NCBI GenBank assembly: GCA_041686025.1
Contig: JAWLEP010000036.1
Span: 1-27,534, forward strand
Origin: Candidatus Fermentibacteraceae bacterium
Lineage (GTDB): Bacteria > Fermentibacterota > Fermentibacteria > Fermentibacterales > JCC-6
Direction of reading: 5' to 3'
Length of the DNA: 27,534 nt
Part shown: one piece after another, positions 15,909 to 24,316 of the stretch
Layout of the letters: every line of letters starts with the position of its first letter
Numbering within the stretch: position 1 is the first letter of the stretch
Program-made: the position numbers and the translations under genes
Notes under the pieces: generated by a model
Database searches by the model: none
What the model saw: the letters and a program-made list of their open reading frames with translations, nothing else
Told to the model about the DNA's origin: nothing

Positions 15909-18323
15909 CTAGCGGGGGGAGTCCCTGTCCCGCAGTGCCTGCAGCACGGGGGTCAGGCCGTCCCTGGAGGCCACCCGCTGCAGCTCCTCCACCTCCTCGT
16001 AGCCCAGGTCCCGGCGGGCCCGCTCCAGCAGCTCCTCCATGACCTCGGCCACGCCGGCCCTGATCTCGGGCTGAGCAAGTACGGCGGCCGCCGACTTCGC
16101 CGCCAGGGCCATGTCCCGGTCCCGCAGGAGGGTGGCGGCGGTGGCGATCACGCTGAGCAGCGAAGACCTGGTCCCCCGCTCCAGCGCGGTCTCCAGTCCG
16201 TGCCTGGCCATCTCCCAGGCCCTGTCCTCCCTTCCCGCCATCTGTGCGGCCCTGGCGGCCGTTCCCAGAATCCCCAGGTACTCCAGCCAGTAGCCCGCCT
16301 CCCTGGCGTCATGGACGGCGGTCTCCACTGTCTCCCAGGCCTCCTCGCAGCGCTCCAGCGAGAGCAGCGCCTGGGCCATGGCGCCCCTGGTCACCACCGT
16401 CCGCCGGCTGTCGCCGATGTCCTCGCGGATCTCCAGGGCCATCCTGCTGTAGCCGAGAGACTCCTCGCTGCTGCCCAGGCGCTCGCTTACCTCGGCCAGG
16501 TGATGGTAGGCGTTGGCCATACCCAGGGGCGCCCCCAGCCTGCGGTTGAGCTCCAGGTGCCTCTCGAATATCTCCCTGGCCTCCTCGAACCTGCCGGTCT
16601 GTATGCAGACCTGCCCCAGGTTGCCCAGGCCCTTGGCGTAGTTCACCAGGTCCCCCAGGTCCTCCGAGATCTGCATGAACCTGCGTATGCAGCTCTCCGC
16701 CCTCTCGGCGTCCCCCTGGACGGCGGCTGCGATCCCCAGGTTGTTCAGCGTCCTGGCGCGGCCGTCCTCGTCACCGGCAGCCACGGATAGCTTCAGCGCC
16801 TCCTCGTATCGGACCGCCGCTTCCCTCACCCGGCCGGAGTACTGAAAGACGTTGCCCAGGTAGTTCAGCGTCAGGGCCGTCTCGCGCATATTCCCGTAGT
16901 GCCGCAGTATGAAGAGGCTCCTGGACAGTATCTCCTCCGCCCGGTCCAGGTCGCCGGTATGGAAGATGAACCATCCCAGCCTGGACTGGGCCATGGCCAG
17001 CAGCTCCTCCACGTCCAGGTCATCGCGCCTGATGTGGAGCCTGCGCAGCAGCTCCACCGCGGTCTCGAAGGCCTGCACCCCCTGGAAGAACAGGCTGCCG
17101 GCCTCGAAGAACCCCGTCAGTCCGTCCATGCCCCGGGCCACCAGATCCGTGCGGCCGGACTCCAGCGCCCACATCCAGGCCTTCCGCACGTCCCTCCTCT
17201 GGCGGAAGATCCTGCGGAAGGCCTCCTGCCTGTTGCCCGACCGCATCTCCCCCCCCTGGCTCTCCAGGAAGGACATGTACAGCGCGCAGTGACGGCTGCG
17301 GGCGTCTACCAGGCGCTGTTCCAGCTCGGACAGTCGCTCGAAGGCGAAATCCCGGACGGGGCCGGGCATGTAGGCGCGGTCCTCTCGCTGCGGCCGGAGT
17401 ATCCCCAGCTCCCGCAGAGACCGGAGGAGCCCCGGCTGGGCGCCGGTGAGCTCCCGGGCATGCTCCAGGGGAAATACCCCGGAGAAGACCGACAGCTGCC
17501 TGGTAGCCTGTCTCTCCTCCCGGGAGATCCGGGACCAGAGGATCTCCAGCATGGCCCGGACCACGTACTCGTGGGAGAGGGCGCCATCGCCGCCCTCCGG
17601 CGTCGCCAGGCGCTCGGACAGGTCGCTCCGAAGCGCTGCCATGCTCACCTCTCCCAGCACCGCGGCCGCCAGCTCCATGGCCATGGGGTTGCCCCGGAGG
17701 CTGCGGCACAGCTCCTCCAGGCCGGCCCGTTCCCCGTCCGGAAGCGGGTCTCCATGCAGCTCTTCGAAGGCGGACTGCAGCAGGTGCGGGGCCGGCCCCG
17801 GCTGTCCGCGGGAACCGCGGCACTCCAGCCCGGCGAGGACCAGGCTTGCCGCTCTCGGATGGGAGAGGGGCGGTCTCCTGTTGCACAGGACTACGGCCCG
17901 CCCCAGAGAGGGGAGTAGGGCGTCCAGAAGCCCTTCCAGGCCGTCGAAGTCCTCGATGCCGTCGCAGACCAGAAGCATCCGCCGGCCGTCCAGGTAGGCG
18001 GCCAGCTGCTCCAGCCTGCCCTGGCTGCTGTAGAAGGAGAGCCCCGCCGCCTGGGCCATGGCGGAGACCAGGCGGGGCCGGCTCCTCACGCTCTCCAGGG
18101 CGGCGTAGCCGATGCCGTCGGGGAAGCGCGAGGAGAGCTCCCTGCCGGCCTCCCTGCACAGGCGGGACTTGCCTATCCCTACGGGGCCGTGGACGCAGAC
18201 CAGCTCGTGTTCCAGCAGCAGGCTGCCCAGCGCGTCCATCTCCGTCCGGCGATCTGTGAAGGGGGTAAGGCTCCGGCCTTCGAAGAAGGCGGGCTCGATT
18301 CTGCCGTTCTCTGCATCGGGCAT
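15909..18323 (-). CDS. STAND/NB-ARC-like P-loop ATPase with C-terminal TPR array
   Basis: FTDR..E, Walker A GPVGIGKS, Walker B LLVCDGIE, GNPMAMELAA (GxPLA-like), LSVFSGVF, and multiple TPRs (LNYLGNV, LNNLGI, LGNLG). Confidence 0.85.
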   Translation of the reverse strand: MPDAENGRIEPAFFEGRSLTPFTDRRTEMDALGSLLLEHELVCVHGPVGIGKSRLCREAGRELSSRFPDGIGYAALESVRSRPRLVSAMAQAAGLSFYSSQGRLEQLAAYLDGRRMLLVCDGIEDFDGLEGLLDALLPSLGRAVVLCNRRPPLSHPRAASLVLAGLECRGSRGQPGPAPHLLQSAFEELHGDPLPDGERAGLEELCRSLRGNPMAMELAAAVLGEVSMAALRSDLSERLATPEGGDGALSHEYVVRAMLEILWSRISREERQATRQLSVFSGVFPLEHARELTGAQPGLLRSLRELGILRPQREDRAYMPGPVRDFAFERLSELEQRLVDARSRHCALYMSFLESQGGEMRSGNRQEAFRRIFRQRRDVRKAWMWALESGRTDLVARGMDGLTGFFEAGSLFFQGVQAFETAVELLRRLHIRRDDLDVEELLAMAQSRLGWFIFHTGDLDRAEEILSRSLFILRHYGNMRETALTLNYLGNVFQYSGRVREAAVRYEEALKLSVAAGDEDGRARTLNNLGIAAAVQGDAERAESCIRRFMQISEDLGDLVNYAKGLGNLGQVCIQTGRFEEAREIFERHLELNRRLGAPLGMANAYHHLAEVSERLGSSEESLGYSRMALEIREDIGDSRRTVVTRGAMAQALLSLERCEEAWETVETAVHDAREAGYWLEYLGILGTAARAAQMAGREDRAWEMARHGLETALERGTRSSLLSVIATAATLLRDRDMALAAKSAAAVLAQPEIRAGVAEVMEELLERARRDLGYEEVEELQRVASRDGLTPVLQALRDRDSPR

Positions 18324-18324
18324 G

Positions 18325-18822
18325 TCATGACTTCCGCTGAGTTGGCGGTCTCACATTTATTCTAGGCCCCTCCCCCGGCCGGGTCAAACGCTCCCGGCCT
18401 GCGCGGCTCCCTGTACCGGTGCGTCTTCCCCAGCGGGCCGGAAGCACTACCGCCCTCAGCGCGCGGCCGGGGACTTCCTTCCTCACCACCAGGTAGACCC
18501 CGGGAGGAAGGTCCTCTCCCTCCTCCACCGACTCCGGCCAGGAGGTGCTCACCCCCCGCAGCCCCTTCAGGTAGCCGCCGAGGGCCACGCATCCCATCGG
18601 TGTGGGATAGGACTCCGATGCTGCCAGGCATACGTCGCCGGCGAGGCCGTCGACGCAGTAGAGGCCGGAGCCGGAGCCGAAGTGGGGAGAGGCGACCACG
18701 TCCTCGGCCCCGTTGCCGTTCACGTCCGCTGTCGTCTCGACGGCAATGAGGTCTGTCTCGGGAAGGGCTGTCCAGACGATGGAGGGCGGGGCGGATAGGA
18801 GGGAGATGATGATGAGGATCAT
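18325..18822 (-). pseudogene. Probable internally deleted remnant of a secreted FG-GAP/beta-propeller protein with a sorting-type C-terminus
   Basis: GGGAGG RBS, signal-like MILIIISLL, one DVNGNGAEDVV repeat, then almost directly the tail GEDLPPGVYLV…RAVVLP. The frame then runs on through the next gene's promoter. Confidence 0.55.
18359..18387 (-). promoter_or_regulatory. Near-consensus sigma70 promoter of the ATPase-TPR gene
   Basis: TTGACC-N17-TAGAAT, ending 35 nt upstream of ATG 18323. Confidence 0.7.
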
Positions 18823-18966
18823 TGAGTACCTCCCGTTTGCGGGACTCACATTCATCATTGCGTGCAGTCCCGGAAGAAGTCAATGCCGCCGGGAAGGATG
18901 GGGGAGAGGGGCTCATTGACTATGTTCGGTCCGTATCGGCGAACACCGGAGAGGGGGAGAGGACCC

Positions 18967-19878
18967 ATGGCCCGGAAGAGGCTTCCGTTCCGCAGGCTCA
19001 GGCATGCCGTGGCCATGCCGCTGATGCGGCTGGCCGTGTGGGGGGCCGTGGTCTGTCCGCGCCGGGTGCTCTGGTGGCTGGCGGGCCTTCTGGGATGGGC
19101 CGCCGCCGGGCTTCCCATACGCTCCAACCGGATCATCGCCCGCCACCGCCGGACGGTGATGGCCCCGCAGGGCATAACGGCACGCAGCAGCGACATCTAC
19201 CGCTACGTGCTGGCGGGAATTCTGGACTTCATCCACCTCTCCTACCGCAGCGACGATGCCTTCGGGAAAGTGGTGCGAATGGAGGGGGCGGAGCACCTGG
19301 ACCGGGCTCTGGAGGCCGGAAAGGGCGCCATCGTGATCACCGCACACTACGGGGGATGGGAGCTGATGCCCAGGGCCGTGGTTCTGCAGGGGCACAGGAC
19401 CGCGGTGGTGGGGCGCAGGCTCTGGCAGCCCGGCCCCGCCGATCTGCTGAACAGGCTGCGGGAGAGGCCCGGGGTGCACACCCTCCGCCGCAAGGGCGGC
19501 GTGATGTCCATCGTCCGGCAGCTGCGGAAGAACACCGCCATCGGCATACTGATCGACCAGGACACCAGCCACGTCCAGGGGGACTTCGTGGAGTTCCTGG
19601 GCCGGCCGGCCATGACCCCGGTGGGGCCGGCGGGGATAGCCCTCCGGATGGGAGTGCCGGTGGTGCCGCTGCACATAAGGAGGCGGAGGGACTCCACCTA
19701 CCTGATCACAGTGGAGGAGCCGGTGGACACCTCCGGGTTTGCAGGCGAGGAGGGTGCTCTGGAGCTGACGCAGCTGCTGACCCGCCGCATAGAGGCCTGG
19801 GTCCGGGAGGATCCCCGGCAGTGGATCTGGTTCCACAGGCGCTGGCGCCGCAGCCCGAAGCAGGACCGGGGAAGCTGA
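18967..19878 (+). CDS. Lipid A late acyltransferase family (LpxL/HtrB-like) lysophospholipid acyltransferase
   Basis: TAHYGGWE (HxxxxE), LIDQD, VEFLGRPA, PRQWIWFHRRW. RBS GAGGA before ATG 18967. Confidence 0.9.
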   Translation: MARKRLPFRRLRHAVAMPLMRLAVWGAVVCPRRVLWWLAGLLGWAAAGLPIRSNRIIARHRRTVMAPQGITARSSDIYRYVLAGILDFIHLSYRSDDAFGKVVRMEGAEHLDRALEAGKGAIVITAHYGGWELMPRAVVLQGHRTAVVGRRLWQPGPADLLNRLRERPGVHTLRRKGGVMSIVRQLRKNTAIGILIDQDTSHVQGDFVEFLGRPAMTPVGPAGIALRMGVPVVPLHIRRRRDSTYLITVEEPVDTSGFAGEEGALELTQLLTRRIEAWVREDPRQWIWFHRRWRRSPKQDRGS

Positions 19879-19881
19879 GCC

Positions 19882-20964
19882 TCAGCTCAGGATCCCGTCC
19901 ATCACCTCCTTGACCCGCTGTGAGGCGTTTCCGTCCAGGCCGGTGAAGAAGTAGTCGCGGTACTCTTCCAGCCTCCGCCGCATCTCCTGCGTGGGATTCA
20001 GGGCCAGGGCCACCGCATCCTCCAGACCGTCCGGGGAGGTCATGTGGGGGAAGGCGCCTTCCAGCCACTCCCGGGGGTCGATGGAGAGTATGGGCATCCC
20101 GTCGGAGTGGGTGAGGCTCTCGTGGGGCAGCTGGTAGACCACCCCGTGCCTGCCCAGGGCCAGGAACTCGTTGATCACGCTGGAGGTGTCGCTTATCACG
20201 GTGTCCGCCAGGTGCAGGTAGGGGTAGGCGTCGTACTCCTCCCGGGGCACCAGGTACAGTCCCCGGTGCCTTTCGGCCAGCCTCTGGTAGAGCCGGTGCT
20301 GGGAGTGGGGCGCGTACTTGCCCCCCCACGAGTAGGGGTGCAGCTTGACCACCAGGTTGTACTCCGGCAGCAGGTCGACCACCCTCTCCCCCAGCGGACC
20401 GATGCAGCTGGGGCGGTATGAGGGGGCGAAGAGGACCGTCTTCCGGCCGGGGTCCAGCCCCAGCCTCTCCGCCAGGGCGGAGTCGTCGTAGTGGCCGGGC
20501 CAGAAGAGGGGGTCCAGCTTGGGAAGGCCCGTGATGTGGAAGTCGGCCACGTCCTCCCAGCCCAGGCTGCGCACGTAGTCGTGCCAGTAGCGGCCCTCCA
20601 GGAAGACGTGGTAGCGGAAGTTCTTCTGGCGGGCGATGTTACGGATGCGGAGGGTCTTGATTCCCACCCCGTGGTCCAGGTGGAAGCGGGGCACGTCCCC
20701 GTACCTGGCCGGGTGCTTCAGGGCGTCGCCGCACACCACCGCGTCGAAGCCCCGGGTCTCGCGGGTCACGCTGTAGCCCTGCCGTCGCAGCTGCCGCTCT
20801 ATCTCAGACCTCCGCGAGACCAGGAATACGCCCAGGAAGCGACGCTGGTCCTTTCCCACCCGAACCTGCAGGTGGTAGGAGGGGTCCTGGGCCAGTGCCC
20901 GGTATAGGGGGGAGAGGGAGTTGAGGTAGTACCGCTTCTTCAGGTCGAAGAGCACGCTGGGCAA
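19882..20964 (-). CDS. CDP-glycerol glycerophosphotransferase family protein (TagF/TagB-like)
   Basis: DHGVGIK, TGLPKLD, LFAPSY, VKLHP, ISDTSSV, DGNASQR motifs. TTG 20964 follows AGGGAG; GTG 20979 is an alternative start. Confidence 0.85.
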   Translation of the reverse strand: MPSVLFDLKKRYYLNSLSPLYRALAQDPSYHLQVRVGKDQRRFLGVFLVSRRSEIERQLRRQGYSVTRETRGFDAVVCGDALKHPARYGDVPRFHLDHGVGIKTLRIRNIARQKNFRYHVFLEGRYWHDYVRSLGWEDVADFHITGLPKLDPLFWPGHYDDSALAERLGLDPGRKTVLFAPSYRPSCIGPLGERVVDLLPEYNLVVKLHPYSWGGKYAPHSQHRLYQRLAERHRGLYLVPREEYDAYPYLHLADTVISDTSSVINEFLALGRHGVVYQLPHESLTHSDGMPILSIDPREWLEGAFPHMTSPDGLEDAVALALNPTQEMRRRLEEYRDYFFTGLDGNASQRVKEVMDGILS

Positions 20965-21003
20965 CGGTGCTCCCTTCACGCCGCCCCGGACACGCCGCCG
21001 GGC

Positions 21004-21435
21004 TCAGTGGTTCCTCTTGACGTCCTTCTTTATGCCTGTGGAGGAGATGTCGGGGGTCCGGGGGAGGTAGACCACCCGGCAGATGTCCTCCAGATGGTCG
21101 AACTTCCCCCGCCAGTCGGTTCCCATCACCAGGATGTCCACGCCGCGCTCAAGGATGTCGTCCCGCTTCTGCTCCCAGCAGCGCTCGGGTATCACCTCGT
21201 CCACGAACCTGATTGCCTCCACTATCCTGGCCCTGTGCTCCCAGGGGTAGACGCACCTCTTGCCCTTCACCTCGTTGAAGTCGTCGGTGGAGACCCCGAC
21301 TATGAGGTAGTCCCCCAGCTCGCGGGCCCTCTGCAGTATGCGCAGGTGGCCGTAGTGGAACAGGTCGAAGGTGCCGTAGGTGAGGACCACGGTGCCGCGG
21401 TCCCCGCCCCGGGCGGGAATGGATCTCTCAGACAT
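21004..21435 (-). CDS. tagD: Glycerol-3-phosphate cytidylyltransferase
   Basis: TYGTFDLFHYGH (HxGH), GVSTDDFN, WEQK, MGTDW.GKFD, YLPRTPDISST. Confidence 0.9.
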   Translation of the reverse strand: MSERSIPARGGDRGTVVLTYGTFDLFHYGHLRILQRARELGDYLIVGVSTDDFNEVKGKRCVYPWEHRARIVEAIRFVDEVIPERCWEQKRDDILERGVDILVMGTDWRGKFDHLEDICRVVYLPRTPDISSTGIKKDVKRNH

Positions 21436-21481
21436 GAGTGCTACCCTATTCCCTGCCGTGCCGGAAGGCAATGCCCGACGT

Positions 21482-23377
21482 CTACGGCACCACCACCATC
21501 CTGGCGGTCTGGGCGTAGCCGTCTTCCGTCGTCGAACGGACCAGGTAGGTGCCGGCAGGCAGACGTGATACGTCCAGCTCCCTGGCTCCAGGCTGCATCG
21601 TCACCCGCTCCACCCGCCTGCCGGCCAGGTCGTATACGCTGGTCCGCAGCACCTGCCCCTCCATGCCCGGCCACACCACGGCCGTTGCGGTCCGGGCGGG
21701 GTTTACGCCCAGCAGCATGGTGCCGGTGCCGGCGGGGGGCGCGGGCCTGTCCTCCAGGCCGGTCTTGTTTCCGCAGAGGATGTTGTCGTAGGGGTCGAAC
21801 TCCACCGACTGCGGCGCGAAGCCCACGGTGAAGGTCTCGGTCTGGGTCTGGGCGTCGTTCCACATCACCACCACGGTGTCCTGCGAGGCCCCCTGCACCC
21901 GGAACTGCAGCGGCATCTCGAACACCGGCCCCACCGTCTGGACCTGCTGCAGGTCCACCGTGACCTCCCACTGGCTGCCCGACTGCTGCCAGGAGTACTC
22001 CAGGTCGTATACCGGGTAGCCCTCGCCGTGTATCCAGGTGTCGAAGAACCAGTCGATGTCCCCGCCGGTGTAGGCCTCCACGGCGTCGCGGAAGTCGGTT
22101 GTCTCCACCAGGCCGTAGGCGTACTGGTCGAAGTAGTCCTGCATCAGGCCGAAGTAGTCGACGTCGCCCAGCACGTACCGCAGCATGTGCAGCACGGCGC
22201 CCGCCTTCTCGTAGGTGGTGTAGCTGAATATCTCAGCCGGGGTGGTGGGGTCGGATATGGGGAACATCTCCCCGCTCTGCAGGTAGGGGATCATTATCTC
22301 GTTGAGTACGTAGTCCCGGTACTCGGCCTCGCCGTAGGTCTCCATCCACAGCGCCTCCCCCAGGACGGCGAAACCCTCCTTGAGCCAGATGTCGGTCCAG
22401 TCGGCCATGGTGACGCAGCAGCCCCACCAGTGGTGGGTCATCTCGTGGGCTATCAGCCAGTCGTAGTTGGTGTTGCCGTTCACGGCGAAGGCTACGTGGG
22501 AGACCGCCGAGGTGTGCTCCATGTCCCCCTTGGGGGTCTGCACCAGCGAGAACTTGCAGTCCCAGGGGTAGGGTCCGAAGAGCGTCTCCAGGTTGGCCAG
22601 CATGGCGTCCACGTTCACGTAGCTGCCCAGGGCGTCCTCCACGTCCCAGGAGTAGACGTAGTAGTAGATGCGGGAGTCTGCCGAGTCGTGCAGCACCGTG
22701 TAGTCTCCCACCGCCAGCATGGCCAGGTAGGTGGGCATCTGCTGGCCGAACTCCCAGTGGTAGGTTGCCTTGCCCCCCGCATAGTCCACCCCTGCGGAGT
22801 CCCCGTTGGCCACCGCGTAGAGCGTGTCGGGGCAGGTGATGTGGAAGTCCATGGAGGCCTTGTCGTTCTGGTGGTCCCAGCAGGGGAAGGCGCACTTGCC
22901 CATGCACTGGCCCTCGGTGTAGATGCCCACCCCTATGTGGTAGGTGATGGCGTTGTTGAACCAGAAGCCGCCCCAGGCCTCGTGGTAGGGCTGGCCGGAG
23001 TAGGCCACCCAGATGTCCACCGTGTCCGAGGGAGTTACGGGCGAGGAGGGCACGATGAAGATGGAGTCCTCGACGGTGTAGAAGTCCAGGGGCCCCGTGT
23101 CGTCCCACACCGAGTCGGCGGCCACCTGGCGCAGGTCCAGCCTGATCTCGGAGACCGTCCCCCCCGCCGAGGTGAGGGTGATGCCGGTTATTCCCTCTAT
23201 CTCCTCTGTGTCCCGGAACACCTCGATGTCCACGTCGTAGTGCAGAATGTCGCAGGGGTTGGGCGGATGATCGACCAGACGCAGGGCCCGGGCGGCCACC
23301 GCGGGCCTCCTCAGGGCAGAGTTGTCCAGACGCACGTGCGGCTGGGCGCAGAGCACAGCGAGCAACAGAGACAGCAT
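21482..23377 (-). CDS. Secreted M1 family zinc aminopeptidase with C-terminal T9SS-like sorting domain
   Basis: Signal peptide; FPCWD…DKA, GDMEH (GxMEN variant), HEMTH-x18-E, YEKAGAVLHMLR; tail NPA…VYDLAGRRV…LPAGTYLV. Confidence 0.92.
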   Translation of the reverse strand: MLSLLLAVLCAQPHVRLDNSALRRPAVAARALRLVDHPPNPCDILHYDVDIEVFRDTEEIEGITGITLTSAGGTVSEIRLDLRQVAADSVWDDTGPLDFYTVEDSIFIVPSSPVTPSDTVDIWVAYSGQPYHEAWGGFWFNNAITYHIGVGIYTEGQCMGKCAFPCWDHQNDKASMDFHITCPDTLYAVANGDSAGVDYAGGKATYHWEFGQQMPTYLAMLAVGDYTVLHDSADSRIYYYVYSWDVEDALGSYVNVDAMLANLETLFGPYPWDCKFSLVQTPKGDMEHTSAVSHVAFAVNGNTNYDWLIAHEMTHHWWGCCVTMADWTDIWLKEGFAVLGEALWMETYGEAEYRDYVLNEIMIPYLQSGEMFPISDPTTPAEIFSYTTYEKAGAVLHMLRYVLGDVDYFGLMQDYFDQYAYGLVETTDFRDAVEAYTGGDIDWFFDTWIHGEGYPVYDLEYSWQQSGSQWEVTVDLQQVQTVGPVFEMPLQFRVQGASQDTVVVMWNDAQTQTETFTVGFAPQSVEFDPYDNILCGNKTGLEDRPAPPAGTGTMLLGVNPARTATAVVWPGMEGQVLRTSVYDLAGRRVERVTMQPGARELDVSRLPAGTYLVRSTTEDGYAQTARMVVVP

Positions 23378-23512
23378 GACGAACCCCCCGGGCAGATGGC
23401 GCTACATGGGCGGAGCCCGGCACGGGCCCCAACCTCCCGGCTGCATAATGATACGGGACCGTCCCGCCGTCTACCTGGCGTCCCGGGCGGGGCAACTGCG
23501 AACGGTTGAACC

Positions 23513-24316
23513 CTATGGGGGCGAGGGGGTAAGCAGGCAGGCGTCCTGCGCGGTGTCCCGGGAGCCCAGGGGTAGGCGGCGGATGCTCTCAAGGCCCGGA
23601 GGCAGCAGACCCTCCAGGGCGCCGGGGGGGTGGTAGGCCAGGCAGTACCTGGTGCCGCTGAACTCCGGCTCCACCACCACGGGCCTGCCGGCGTCGAAGT
23701 CCCCGACGAGGCTGGAAGGGATCTCGTGGCGCCTGGAAGGTCCCTTCACCGTGACCAGGGCGATGCCGCCGGGACCGAGGATCCTGCCCATTTCCCGGAG
23801 CAGGAACCTCTGGTGGGGAAGGCTCAGGTGGCAGATCACAGCCACCGCCAGGACCAGGTCGAAGGACTCCGGACCGAAGGGCAGCGGCTCCGAGAGGCCG
23901 GTGCGGACGAAAGCCCCGGGCAGGTTCCTTCCGCACCAGCGGACCGCCTCTTCGTCGATGTCGGCCCCTGCAGCCGCCGGCGCGCCGGACGGAGGAAGGT
24001 GCCTGAGGATGCGCCCGCAGCCGCACCCCAGGTCCAGAAGGCGCCCAAAGCCCGGCAGGGGCCGGCCCATGTCCGCCAGCATCTCACCCACCGATTCCAT
24101 CCCCCGGCGTCCGGTGGCCAGGAACCGGGCCGTGTCGTAGTCGGCCGCAGACCGGAAGCAGAGGTGGGGAGGGGGGACGGGAATGCCCCCGTCGGTCCGC
24201 GTCCCGCCAAGGAGCCACGCGGCGGTCCTGGCCCGGCCCACTGCCAGCCGGTAGACCCTTCGGACGGGGCGGAGCAGACCCAGACGCCCCAGGAGAGCAC
24301 CGACGGTCCTCCTCAT
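23513..24316 (-). CDS. Class I SAM-dependent methyltransferase
   Basis: LLDLGCGCGR, GADID, LPFGPESFDLV, RILGPGG. Start overlaps the radical SAM stop (ATGA). Confidence 0.88.
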   Translation of the reverse strand: MRRTVGALLGRLGLLRPVRRVYRLAVGRARTAAWLLGGTRTDGGIPVPPPHLCFRSAADYDTARFLATGRRGMESVGEMLADMGRPLPGFGRLLDLGCGCGRILRHLPPSGAPAAAGADIDEEAVRWCGRNLPGAFVRTGLSEPLPFGPESFDLVLAVAVICHLSLPHQRFLLREMGRILGPGGIALVTVKGPSRRHEIPSSLVGDFDAGRPVVVEPEFSGTRYCLAYHPPGALEGLLPPGLESIRRLPLGSRDTAQDACLLTPSPP

